Counted from the first letter of the stretch, positions 28,447 to 37,027 are shown. The stretch: DNA of 64,000 nt from Acutalibacteraceae bacterium (GCA_045649005.1 JAZRPC010000078.1:7393-71392), one strand, 5' to 3'. Notes: generated by a model from the sequence alone, not told the origin. Program-made: numbers and translations.

Positions 28447-28475
28447 TTGACACATAATATATAAAGTGATAAAAT
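28447..28475 (+). promoter_or_regulatory. sigma-A promoter of the first plus-strand T-box operon
   Basis: TTGACA (28447-28452), 17-nt spacer, TAAAAT (28470-28475). Confidence 0.65.
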
Positions 28476-28484
28476 CCTTGCAAT

Positions 28485-28766
28485 TGAAAATATCACAAAT
28501 AAAAGCTGTGACGAAGACGGTTGAAAATTACAACTTCCAGAGAGTCGGCGGTTGCTGCGAGCCGATAGCTTGTGTTTTCAAAACCTATCACTTCTGAGCT
28601 GAAGGTCCGAAAAATTTTTTTAGTAGGCGCCTTCCGAGAATGCTGCGTTAGTGCAACGGGGTTGTTGGACTCCTGAGTGGCAATTTTATTGCAATTTGAG
28701 TGGTACCGCGGATTAATTTTCGTCTCAAAGTAAAACCAAAGGGTTTTGTTTTGGGGCGTTTTTTAT
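28485..28766 (+). promoter_or_regulatory. T-box leader, specifier read as AUC (Ile)
   Basis: K-turn GCUGUGACGAAG...CUUCUGAGC, AGAGAG, distal loop GGUUGCUGCGA. AUC followed by A lies directly 5' of the lower-helix strand CUUC (28587-28590). The T-box sequence is AAUUUGAGUGGUACCGCG (28694-28710). The terminator stem is 28721-28758 plus U6. Confidence 0.85.
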
Positions 28767-28807
28767 TTGTGAGTTTTTGATAATGCTTTATGAAGGAAGG
28801 AATCATT

Positions 28808-31081
28808 ATGCAGAACAATTCAGTTACAAACAAGCTTGCAGAGGTCGCAAAGCGTATTGGTGAACTCCGTGACATTTACGGCTTTTCTGTTAAGGAAATG
28901 GCTGAAAAAACCGAACTCACATTGGAGGAATATCTCTCTTTTGAACAAGCAAAAGAGGATTTGCCCTTCTCTTTTATTCACAAATGTGCTCTTGCTTTTG
29001 ACGTTGAAATAACAGACCTTCTTGAGGGTCAGAGTGCAAAGCTCACAACATACAACGTAACACGTAGGGGAAAGGGTCAGACAACAGCTAATGAAGATGG
29101 TATTCTGATTCAGAATCTTGCACCTAAGTTCAGAAATAAGCTTGCAAATCCCTATTGGGTTAAATATGAATACAGAAGCGAGCTTCAGTCTATGCCCATT
29201 GAGCTTGCAACTCACTCGGGTCAGGAGTTTGACCTTGTTATCAAGGGCTCCCTTAAAGTTCAGATTGGTGAGCATACAGAAATTCTTCACGAGGGTGACA
29301 GCATTTTCTACAAAAGCTCAATTCCTCACGGTATGATCGCTGTTAATGGCGAGGATTGTCTTTTTCTTGCTATGGTTATGGCTGAGGATGAAGAGGTTGC
29401 AGACACAAATATGAACGCTGTCAGCGTTGCAGACACCACGAAGAGAATCCCTCTCATCTGCGACAAATTCATTAAAACAACCGAGGATGAGAACGGTGTT
29501 TGCACCGGTATAGATTTCGAAAACGAAGATGAATTCAACTTTGCTTTCGACGTTGTTGACGAAATCGGCAGACAGTATCCTGAAAAGCTTGCTATGCTTC
29601 ATATTGCAGACGATATGACTGAGCACCGTTTTACCTTCAAGGATATTAAAGAGGGTTCATCACAGGCGGCAAACTATTTCAAATCCTTGGGCATCAAAAA
29701 GGGTGACAGAGTTCTTCTTGTTCTCAAGCGTAACTATCAGTTCTGGTTGGCAATTCTCGGTCTTCATAAGCTTGGTGCAGTTGCAATCCCCGCAACAAAT
29801 CAGCTTGTTGTTCATGATTATGAATACCGCTTCAATGCCGCAGGTGTTTCCGCTGTTGTTGTAACCGCCGACGGTGTTGCAACCGATTACATCGACGAGG
29901 CTCAGAAAAATTGCCCCACTCTTAAAACAAAAATCGTTGCCAACGGCAAAAAAGAGGGTTGGCATTGCTTTGATGAAGAATATGCTCTCTTCAGCCGCCG
30001 ATTTGTCCGTGCTGAGGATGCACCCTGTGGTAACGACCCCATGATTATGTTCTTCACATCCGGCACAACAGGCTACCCGAAAATCGCAACCCATTCCCAT
30101 AAATATCCCTTGGGTCATTTTCTTACAGCTAAATACTGGCATTGTGTTGAACGTGACGGAATCCATTTCACAATTTCCGAAACGGGTTGGGGTAAGGCTC
30201 TTTGGGGCAAGCTCTACGGACAATGGCTTTGCGAGGGTGCAGTTTTCGTTTATGACTTTGAACGCTTTGATGCTTCAAAGATTCTTCCTATGTTTGCAAA
30301 GTACAATATCACAACCTTCTGTGCACCCCCCACAATGTACAGAATGCTTATAAAACAAGATATTTCACAGTATGATTTGTCATCAATAAAGCACGCCACA
30401 ACAGCGGGTGAGGCTCTTAACCCCGAGGTTTTCAAGCAGTTTGAAAAAGCAACAGGTCTCAGAATCCACGAGGGCTTCGGTCAGACTGAAACAACTCTTT
30501 CAATCGCAAACTTCAAAGGCACTAAAATTAAAATCGGAGCTATGGGTCAACCCACACCTCTTTATGATATCGATATAGTTGACCCCGACGGCAGACCCGT
30601 TGCCGACGGCGAAACAGGCGAAATTGTTGTTCATACTGACGGCAAGATTCCCTGCGGTCTTTTCCTTGGTTATTATAACGACCAAGAGAAAACAGACGAG
30701 GTGTGGCACGATGGTCTTTACCACACAGGTGACACCGCATGGCGTGATGAGGACGGTTATCTCTGGTACGTTGGTCGTGTCGATGACGTTATCAAATCAT
30801 CCGGCTACCGCATCGGACCATTCGAAATCGAAAATGTTATTATGGAGCTCCCTTATGTTCTTGAGTGTGGTGTTTCTGCCGCTCCCGATGAGGTGAGGGG
30901 TCAGGTTGTTAAAGCAAGCATTGTTCTGACCCCCGGCACAGAAGGAACAGAAGAACTCAAGAAAGAGATTCAGAAATATGTAAAGGAGCATACAGCACCT
31001 TACAAATATCCCAGAATCGTTGTTTTCCGTGATGAGCTTCCTAAGACAATCAGCGGCAAAATCATAAGAAATAAGCTTTGA
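28808..31081 (+). CDS. fusion protein: XRE-type HTH plus cupin plus AMP-forming (medium-chain type) acyl-CoA synthetase
   Basis: ATG at 28808 follows a GGAAGG RBS. The HTH_3-like N-terminus is LRDIYGFSVKEMAEKTELTLEEYLSFE. The cupin motif is HSGQEFDLVIKGSLKVQIGEH...GDSIFY...PHG. The ACS body has FFTSGTTGYPK, GFGQTE, YHTGD, GRVDDVIKSSGYRIGPFEIE and PKTISGKI. Confidence 0.85.
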   Translation: MQNNSVTNKLAEVAKRIGELRDIYGFSVKEMAEKTELTLEEYLSFEQAKEDLPFSFIHKCALAFDVEITDLLEGQSAKLTTYNVTRRGKGQTTANEDGILIQNLAPKFRNKLANPYWVKYEYRSELQSMPIELATHSGQEFDLVIKGSLKVQIGEHTEILHEGDSIFYKSSIPHGMIAVNGEDCLFLAMVMAEDEEVADTNMNAVSVADTTKRIPLICDKFIKTTEDENGVCTGIDFENEDEFNFAFDVVDEIGRQYPEKLAMLHIADDMTEHRFTFKDIKEGSSQAANYFKSLGIKKGDRVLLVLKRNYQFWLAILGLHKLGAVAIPATNQLVVHDYEYRFNAAGVSAVVVTADGVATDYIDEAQKNCPTLKTKIVANGKKEGWHCFDEEYALFSRRFVRAEDAPCGNDPMIMFFTSGTTGYPKIATHSHKYPLGHFLTAKYWHCVERDGIHFTISETGWGKALWGKLYGQWLCEGAVFVYDFERFDASKILPMFAKYNITTFCAPPTMYRMLIKQDISQYDLSSIKHATTAGEALNPEVFKQFEKATGLRIHEGFGQTETTLSIANFKGTKIKIGAMGQPTPLYDIDIVDPDGRPVADGETGEIVVHTDGKIPCGLFLGYYNDQEKTDEVWHDGLYHTGDTAWRDEDGYLWYVGRVDDVIKSSGYRIGPFEIENVIMELPYVLECGVSAAPDEVRGQVVKASIVLTPGTEGTEELKKEIQKYVKEHTAPYKYPRIVVFRDELPKTISGKIIRNKL

Positions 31082-31202
31082 TAAATCACGAATCAGAGCA
31101 TTTACTCACCTTGCAGTACCTTTGTACAGCTTCGGTTCATAAATAACTCCGATTCATCGATTTCTCTCTGCTTACAATTTGCTATAAATTATAATAAAAA
31201 AC

Positions 31203-31231
31203 TTGACATTTACCTTATATTATGGTATCTT
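31203..31231 (+). promoter_or_regulatory. probable sigma-A promoter of the second plus-strand T-box operon
   Basis: TTGACA (31203-31208), 17-nt spacer ending TGg, and a weak -10 TATCTT (31226-31231). Confidence 0.45.
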
Positions 31232-31239
31232 TGAGGAAA

Positions 31240-31509
31240 TTGAATAAAAAGGCGTTGAAGAAAAGGGCGCAATCATTTCACCTTGCAGAGAAGTGGCGGT
31301 TGGTGCAAGCCACAGGTTGAGAGATTGATGTTTGTAGTTTCCGAGCCGGGAGGAAGAACAGCTTTCGCTTAGTAGAACCTCTCCGTGATTGCTGCGTAAA
31401 GGCATAGAAGTTGTTGGACTTCGAGAGAGGCAGTTTAAACTGCAATTTGAGTGGTACCGCGGGTATATTTTTACTCGTCTCAAAGAATATCTTTGGGACG
31501 AGTTTTTTA
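31240..31509 (+). promoter_or_regulatory. T-box leader, specifier read as GUA (Val)
   Basis: K-turn GGCGUUGAAGAAA...UUUCCGAGCC, AGAGA, distal loop GGUUGGUGCAA. GUA followed by G lies directly 5' of the lower-helix strand UUUC (31334-31337). The T-box sequence is AAUUUGAGUGGUACCGCG (31445-31461). The terminator is cucgucucaaag/cuuugggacgag (31474-31502) plus U6. Confidence 0.8.
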
Positions 31510-31539
31510 TTGTGTCCCTACAAAAACGGAGGAAAGATT

Positions 31540-33834
31540 ATGGACAAAATCACCGGTCTTGATTTTAAAATCAAGGAGATGGCTGCCCGTATTCGGGAAT
31601 TGCGTGAAATTGAGGGCTACACCACAGCCGAGATGGCTTCAAAAACGGGTGTTGCCGAAAGTGAATACATTGCTTGCGAAAATGGTGAAAGCGATCTTAA
31701 CTTTGCATTCATTTATCGTTGTGCACTTGCGTTCAATGTTGATGTTTCAAGCATCATAGAGGGTAGCACACCCAAGCTCACAAACTACGTTTTCACAAAA
31801 GCGGGTAAAGGGCAGAAGATTGAAAAAGCTCACGGAATGACTTATTTCAACCTTGCTTCAAAATTCAAAAATAAAATTGCCGAGCCTCTTTTTGTTGAGG
31901 CTACATACAGCGAAGAAAATCAGAATAAAGATATTGAGCTCACTTCTCACGACGGTCAGGAGCTTGACATTGTTGTTGAAGGTAAGCTGAAGGTTCAGGT
32001 GGGTGAGCACTCAGAGATTCTCGGCCCCGGTGACAGCATCTATTATGATTCTCTCACCCCTCACGGTATGATTGCTGTTGACGGTAAGGATTGTACCTTC
32101 TACGCTATCGTTCTTAATCCGTCGGGTGAGCCTATCCCTGAGCTTCAGCACGTGAAGACTGAGGAGTATAAAGAACCTGTCAAGGTTAAAGAGGATAAAA
32201 AAGAAAGAATTTATCATAAATTCATTGATGTTGAGCGTAACGAAAAAGGTACACCCACATCAATCAAATTTAAAAATACAGAAAACTTCAACTTTGCATA
32301 TGACCTTATTGATGCTCTCGCAGACAGGGAGCCCGATAAATTGGCAATGCTTCATATTGCAAGAGATAAGACCGAAAGAAGATTCACTTTTAAGGATATG
32401 AAGCGTGGCTCCGCTCAGGCGGCGAACTACTTTAAATCCTTGGGCATCAAAAAGGGCGACAGGGTTATGCTCATACTCAAGCGCCATTACCAGTATTGGT
32501 TTGCAATGCTCGGTCTTAATAAATTGGGTGCTATCGGTATACCTGCTCCCAACCAGTTGCAGGAGCACGACCTTGAATATCGTTTCCAGGCTGCGGGTAT
32601 CAAGGCAATTATCTGCACAACAGACGGCGACGTTGCAAATCAGGTTGATATGGCGGCTGAAAAGTGCCCCGACCTTAAAATCAAAATCGCAGTTGGCGAA
32701 GAACGTGACGGTTGGAGAAATTACGACGAAGAAAGTAAGCTCTTCAGCTCCCATTACGAAAGGGGCGAAAATGCTCCTGGTGGCGACGATTTGATGCTTA
32801 TGTTCTTCACATCGGGCACAACAGGCTACCCCAAAATTGCCGCACATAGCTACACATACGCTCTCGGTCATTTCCACACAGCCAAATATTGGCATAATGT
32901 TGACCCCGACGGCCTTCATTTCACAATTTCTGACACAGGCTGGGCAAAGTCTATGTGGGGCAAATTCTACGGCCAATGGCTTTGCGAAGCGGCTCTTTTC
33001 GTTTACGACTTTGACCGCTTTGATGCAGCAGACATTCTTCCCATGTTTGCAAAACACAACATCACAACGTTCTGTGCACCGCCTACAATGCTCAGAATGA
33101 TGATAAAACAAGATATTTCAAAATACGATTTCTCTTCCGTTAAGCATATGACAACAGCGGGCGAGGCTCTTAACCCCGAGGTTTATCGTCAATTCGAAAA
33201 GGCAACAGGCCTCCAGATTCTCGAAGGCTTTGGTCAGACTGAAAGCACAATGATTATCGGTAATATGACAGGCGCACCCCACAAAATCGGTTCTATGGGT
33301 AAACCTGCTCCCATTTATGATGTTTGCCTTGTTGATGCAGACGGCAACAAAGTTAATGTCGGTGAAAATGGTGAAATCGTTGTCAACGTAAAAGATGGCG
33401 CTCCCTGTGGTCTCTTCAAGGGCTACTATAACGACGAAGAAAAAACCAAAGAGGTTTGGCACGACGGCTACTATCATACAGGTGACGTTGCCTGGATGGA
33501 TGAAGACGGCTTCTATTGGTATGTTGGTCGTGTGGATGACGTTATTAAATCCTCAGGCTATCGTATAGGTCCATTTGAAATCGAAAGCGTTATTATGGAG
33601 CTTCCCTACGTTCTTGAGTGCGGCGTTTCTGCTGCTCCTGATGAAGTCAGAGGACAGGTTGTTAAAGCAAGCATAGTTCTTGTTCCCGGAACAGAGGGTA
33701 CGGAAGAACTCAAAAAAGAGATTCAACAGTACGTTAAGGAGAAAACTGCTCCTTATAAATATCCCCGAATCGTTGTATTCCGTGATGAATTGCCAAAAAC
33801 AACCAGTGGTAAGATTCAGCGAAATAAATTATAA
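31540..33834 (+). CDS. fusion protein: XRE-type HTH plus cupin plus AMP-forming acyl-CoA synthetase (tandem paralog of 28808-31081)
   Basis: ATG at 31540 follows a GGAGGAAAG RBS, and the domain order is the same. The last 101 residues differ from the paralog at only 6 positions. In a 56-residue HTH segment, 26 residues are identical. Confidence 0.85.
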   Translation: MDKITGLDFKIKEMAARIRELREIEGYTTAEMASKTGVAESEYIACENGESDLNFAFIYRCALAFNVDVSSIIEGSTPKLTNYVFTKAGKGQKIEKAHGMTYFNLASKFKNKIAEPLFVEATYSEENQNKDIELTSHDGQELDIVVEGKLKVQVGEHSEILGPGDSIYYDSLTPHGMIAVDGKDCTFYAIVLNPSGEPIPELQHVKTEEYKEPVKVKEDKKERIYHKFIDVERNEKGTPTSIKFKNTENFNFAYDLIDALADREPDKLAMLHIARDKTERRFTFKDMKRGSAQAANYFKSLGIKKGDRVMLILKRHYQYWFAMLGLNKLGAIGIPAPNQLQEHDLEYRFQAAGIKAIICTTDGDVANQVDMAAEKCPDLKIKIAVGEERDGWRNYDEESKLFSSHYERGENAPGGDDLMLMFFTSGTTGYPKIAAHSYTYALGHFHTAKYWHNVDPDGLHFTISDTGWAKSMWGKFYGQWLCEAALFVYDFDRFDAADILPMFAKHNITTFCAPPTMLRMMIKQDISKYDFSSVKHMTTAGEALNPEVYRQFEKATGLQILEGFGQTESTMIIGNMTGAPHKIGSMGKPAPIYDVCLVDADGNKVNVGENGEIVVNVKDGAPCGLFKGYYNDEEKTKEVWHDGYYHTGDVAWMDEDGFYWYVGRVDDVIKSSGYRIGPFEIESVIMELPYVLECGVSAAPDEVRGQVVKASIVLVPGTEGTEELKKEIQQYVKEKTAPYKYPRIVVFRDELPKTTSGKIQRNKL

Positions 33835-33857
33835 TGTATAAAAAGAAGGTGAAAAAG

Positions 33858-34520
33858 ATGCAAAGTAAACGAATGACCCTTTTTGCAGGGCACTACGGTA
33901 GCGGCAAAACAAATATTGCCGTTAACTACGCTTTGTATCTTAAAAGCCTTGGCGAAAACGTCGTTATTGCTGACCTTGATATCGTTAATCCCTATTTCAG
34001 AACACGAGACAGTCTTGAGGATTTGAACAAAGCAGGAATCAAATTGATTTCCTCAGCGTTCGCAAACTCAAACGTTGATTTACCTGCTTTGCCGCAGGAT
34101 GTTTATTCTCTTCTTGACAAACGTGAAGAAAAGGCGATAATGGATATTGGCGGTGATGACCGTGGTGCTTACGCTTTGGGTAGATATGCAGACGCTATTA
34201 AAGATGAAAACGACTATGAAATGCTTTTCGTTTTCAATAAATATCGTCCGCTAACACCCGATGCAGAATCTGCTTTTGAAATAATGCAGGAAATTGAAGC
34301 GGCGTGCAAGGTTAAATTCACCGCAATAGTCAATAACTCCAACCTTGGTGAAAGCACCACGGCAGAGGATGTTTTAAATTCGGTTGACAGTGCCGAAAAA
34401 TTGTCTGAATTAACAGGCTTGCCTGTTAAAATGACAACTGTCACAGAAAATTTAGTTAATAATCTCAACGGAAAAATTTCAAATCTGTTTCCGCTGACTT
34501 TACAAAAAAAGATAATTTAG
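33858..34520 (+). CDS. P-loop NTPase (MinD/CooC-like SIMIBI fold), function unknown
   Basis: Walker A GHYGSGKT and Walker-B-like VVIADLD. The ATG at 33858 follows a GAAGGTG RBS (track ORF starts at 33834). Confidence 0.6.
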   Translation: MQSKRMTLFAGHYGSGKTNIAVNYALYLKSLGENVVIADLDIVNPYFRTRDSLEDLNKAGIKLISSAFANSNVDLPALPQDVYSLLDKREEKAIMDIGGDDRGAYALGRYADAIKDENDYEMLFVFNKYRPLTPDAESAFEIMQEIEAACKVKFTAIVNNSNLGESTTAEDVLNSVDSAEKLSELTGLPVKMTTVTENLVNNLNGKISNLFPLTLQKKII

Positions 34521-34531
34521 GAGGCAGAAAA

Positions 34532-34738
34532 ATGGCAAAAGTAACATTCGCAGAAAATGTTTGCAAGGGTTGCGGTTTGTGCGTAACTGCTTGTCCCAAG
34601 AAAATTGTGGAACTTGATTCTGCAAAGCTTAACGCAAAAGGTCATCATCCTGCACATTGTATCGATGATAGCAAGTGTATCGGTTGCGCATTTTGTGCAA
34701 CAATGTGCCCCGACTGCGCTATAACTGTTGAAAGGTAA
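34532..34738 (+). CDS. 2x[4Fe-4S] ferredoxin, delta-subunit type of 2-oxoacid:ferredoxin oxidoreductases
   Basis: 68 aa with two CxxCxxCxxxCP motifs (CKGCGLCVTACP, CIGCAFCATMCP). It lies immediately upstream of a KorA/VorB-like start. Confidence 0.8.
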   Translation: MAKVTFAENVCKGCGLCVTACPKKIVELDSAKLNAKGHHPAHCIDDSKCIGCAFCATMCPDCAITVER

Positions 34739-34748
34739 GGTGAAATAA

Positions 34749-35348
34749 ATGGGTGAGAAAGTTTTAATGAAAGGTAATGAGGCTATCGCCGAGGCTGCAA
34801 TCAGAGCAGGTTGTATGCATTATTTCGGTTACCCCATTACTCCCCAGACAGAAATTGCCGCATATATGGCAAAAAGAATGCCCAAAGTTGGTGGCGGTCA
34901 GGAGCAGAACGTTCACTCCGGCACGGAGGCAACCCCCGCAATATTCTCATTCGGTGCTGCCGCAAATGCCGCAGGCGACGTGGCTGCAAACTCTGCCTAT
35001 GTTGCAGAACTAAAAAAACAATTGTTGCAGGGCATAGAAAATATATCTTGCGTAACAATAAACTCTCCGGAGGATGCAATCCCCTATATTCTCAACATTT
35101 CAATCCTCGGCCTACCCAGCCAGCCCATTGTTAATTTTATGAGTGACAAGGGCATTTACATTTCCGCAGGCTCTGCTTGCAAAATGGGTCACAGAAGCCC
35201 TGTGCTCACAGCTATGGGTCTTTCGCCCGAGGTTACAGACAGCGCTGTGAGAATCAGCCTGAGCAGATACAACACACCTGAAGAGATTGATTATCTAATA
35301 AGCGCAATTACAGAAGCCGCTCAAAAATACGGCAAAAAACAAAGGTGA
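34749..35348 (+). pseudogene. chimeric ORF: N-terminal ~50 aa of a 2-oxoacid:ferredoxin oxidoreductase alpha subunit fused in frame to the C-terminal ~150 aa of cysteine desulfurase NifS/IscS
   Basis: Residues 1-49 ([43 protein letters not shown]) are a typical KorA/VorB N-terminus. From [14 protein letters not shown] onward the sequence is NifS-like ([20 protein letters not shown]...[15 protein letters not shown]). The junction is at GGT GGC GGT (34890-34898). The PLP-lysine region of NifS and all TPP/CoA domains of the oxidoreductase are absent. Confidence 0.75.
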
Positions 35349-35352
35349 GAAA

Positions 35353-36540
35353 ATGAAAGAAATTATTCTTATAAAAGATGGTGAGCTTGCTCTCAAGGGT
35401 CTTAACAGGTCAACCTTTGAGGATATGCTCGTTAAAAACATACGTTGGCGCATCAAGCCCTTTGGCTCATTCCAATTCAAAAAATCGCAGTCAACCGTCA
35501 CGGTTACTCCTCTTGACGAAAACGCCGACCTTGATGCGGCGGCTGATGAAATTTCAAGAGTATTCGGTATTGCAGGCTATTCAAGAGCCGCAGTCGCCGA
35601 AAAGGATATTGACAAAATCCTCGAGCTTGCGCCCGTGTATCTCAAGGACCAGCTCGAAGAAGCTGAAACCTTCAAGGTTGAGGCAAAACGAAGCGACAAG
35701 AAATTTCCCCTTACCTCACCCGAAATCTCGGCGATGGTGGGTGGCAAAATTCTTGAAAGCTTCCCCCACCTTCGTGTTAACGTCAAGAATCCCGACATTA
35801 CCGTTACGGTTGAAATCCGTGATGAAGCATATATCCGTGGCAACCAATTAAAGGGTGCGGGCGGTATGCCTGTTGGTTCATCCGGCAGGGGACTTCTTCT
35901 TATCTCCGGCGGTATCGACAGCCCCGTTGCAGGCTATATGATGGCAAAACGAGGAATCGACCTTGTGGGTATCCACTTTGCATCACCACCCTACACCTCG
36001 CTTCGCTCCGAGCAAAAGGTTCACGACCTTCTTTCAAAGGTTGCACGTCACAGCGGCAGAATTTGGCTCCACACAGTCCCCTTCACAGAAATCCAGGAAA
36101 TGATTCGTGAAAAATGCCCCGAGGAGTATTTCACAATTATTATGCGCCGTTTTATGATGCGTATTTCTTGTATGCTTGCAGAAACCACCGATTGTCACGC
36201 TCTTATAACAGGCGAAAGCGTTGCACAGGTTGCAAGCCAGACAATGCTTGCTCTCGGTTGCACCGACGCAGTTGCAAACCAGCCCGTATTCAGACCGTGC
36301 ATCGGCATGGATAAAGAAGAAATTATCCGAATTTCAAGAAAAATCGAAACCTTCGATATTTCCATACAGCCCTTTGAGGACTGTTGCACAGTCTTCACAC
36401 CCAAGCACCCCAAAACGAAGCCTCATCTCCCCGACATTGAGGCGGCTGAAAGCGTGCTTGATATTGAGGGGCTTTGCAAACGTGCCTTTGAGGGCATCAC
36501 AAGAATAGCTATCAATTCAAGCGGTGTTGAAAATGTCTGA
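35353..36540 (+). CDS. thiI: tRNA 4-thiouridine(8) synthase ThiI
   Basis: 395 aa with a THUMP-like N-terminal region and the PP-loop SGGIDSPVA. There is no rhodanese domain, which is the Firmicute type. Confidence 0.9.
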   Translation: MKEIILIKDGELALKGLNRSTFEDMLVKNIRWRIKPFGSFQFKKSQSTVTVTPLDENADLDAAADEISRVFGIAGYSRAAVAEKDIDKILELAPVYLKDQLEEAETFKVEAKRSDKKFPLTSPEISAMVGGKILESFPHLRVNVKNPDITVTVEIRDEAYIRGNQLKGAGGMPVGSSGRGLLLISGGIDSPVAGYMMAKRGIDLVGIHFASPPYTSLRSEQKVHDLLSKVARHSGRIWLHTVPFTEIQEMIREKCPEEYFTIIMRRFMMRISCMLAETTDCHALITGESVAQVASQTMLALGCTDAVANQPVFRPCIGMDKEEIIRISRKIETFDISIQPFEDCCTVFTPKHPKTKPHLPDIEAAESVLDIEGLCKRAFEGITRIAINSSGVENV

Positions 36541-37027
36541 AACTGAACTTATTAATCTTGCCGAAAAGGCGGTAAAAAAGCTTTCTGAAAAAAGCAAGAC
36601 TCTTGCCCTTGCCGAGTCCTGCACGGGCGGTCTTGTCAGCAAGCTCATAACCGACGTCAGCGGTGCATCTGCCGTTTATATGGGTGGCGTGTGCTCATAC
36701 TCAAACTCGGTTAAAATGAAAATTCTCGGTGTTAAAGAAGCCACCCTTTCAGAGCACGGTGCCGTAAGCGAACAGGTCGCCGTGCAAATGGCACAGGGTG
36801 TCAGAGTGGCACTTGGTGCAGATATCGGCATTGGCATCACAGGCATTGCCGGTCCCCTCTCAGACAACACCCAAAAGCCGGTTGGGCTCATATACGTCTG
36901 CATTTCAGACGGTGAAACCACAACAACCCGTGAATTACGGAACAATTTCACAAACGACATAAGAACTAACAACAGATTATCTGCCGCTAAAACGGCATTG
37001 AGTCTATTAGGTGATATAAATGAGTAA
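36533..37027 (+). CDS. CinA-family nicotinamide-nucleotide amidohydrolase domain protein (PncC-like)
   Basis: The CinA C-terminal domain pattern is present (LALAESCTGGL, GGVCSYSN, GITGIAGP). The ATG at 36533 overlaps the thiI stop. Confidence 0.8.
   Translation: MSETELINLAEKAVKKLSEKSKTLALAESCTGGLVSKLITDVSGASAVYMGGVCSYSNSVKMKILGVKEATLSEHGAVSEQVAVQMAQGVRVALGADIGIGITGIAGPLSDNTQKPVGLIYVCISDGETTTTRELRNNFTNDIRTNNRLSAAKTALSLLGDINE

Noticed and set aside
28175-28496. Track ORFs 28175-28387 and 28299-28496 (minus strand). The same applies to 28648-28875 and 31220-31483.
   Set aside because: They lie entirely within the T-box leader and promoter DNA. The conserved RNA elements explain the sequence, and there are no RBSs.
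32260-33111. 283-aa antisense ORF inside the second acyl-CoA synthetase fusion. Similar cases are 29660-30223 and 33118-33477.
   Set aside because: It is antisense to ORFs with strong adenylate-forming motifs. It is Cys/Val/Phe-rich, as expected for the reverse complement of this coding sequence.
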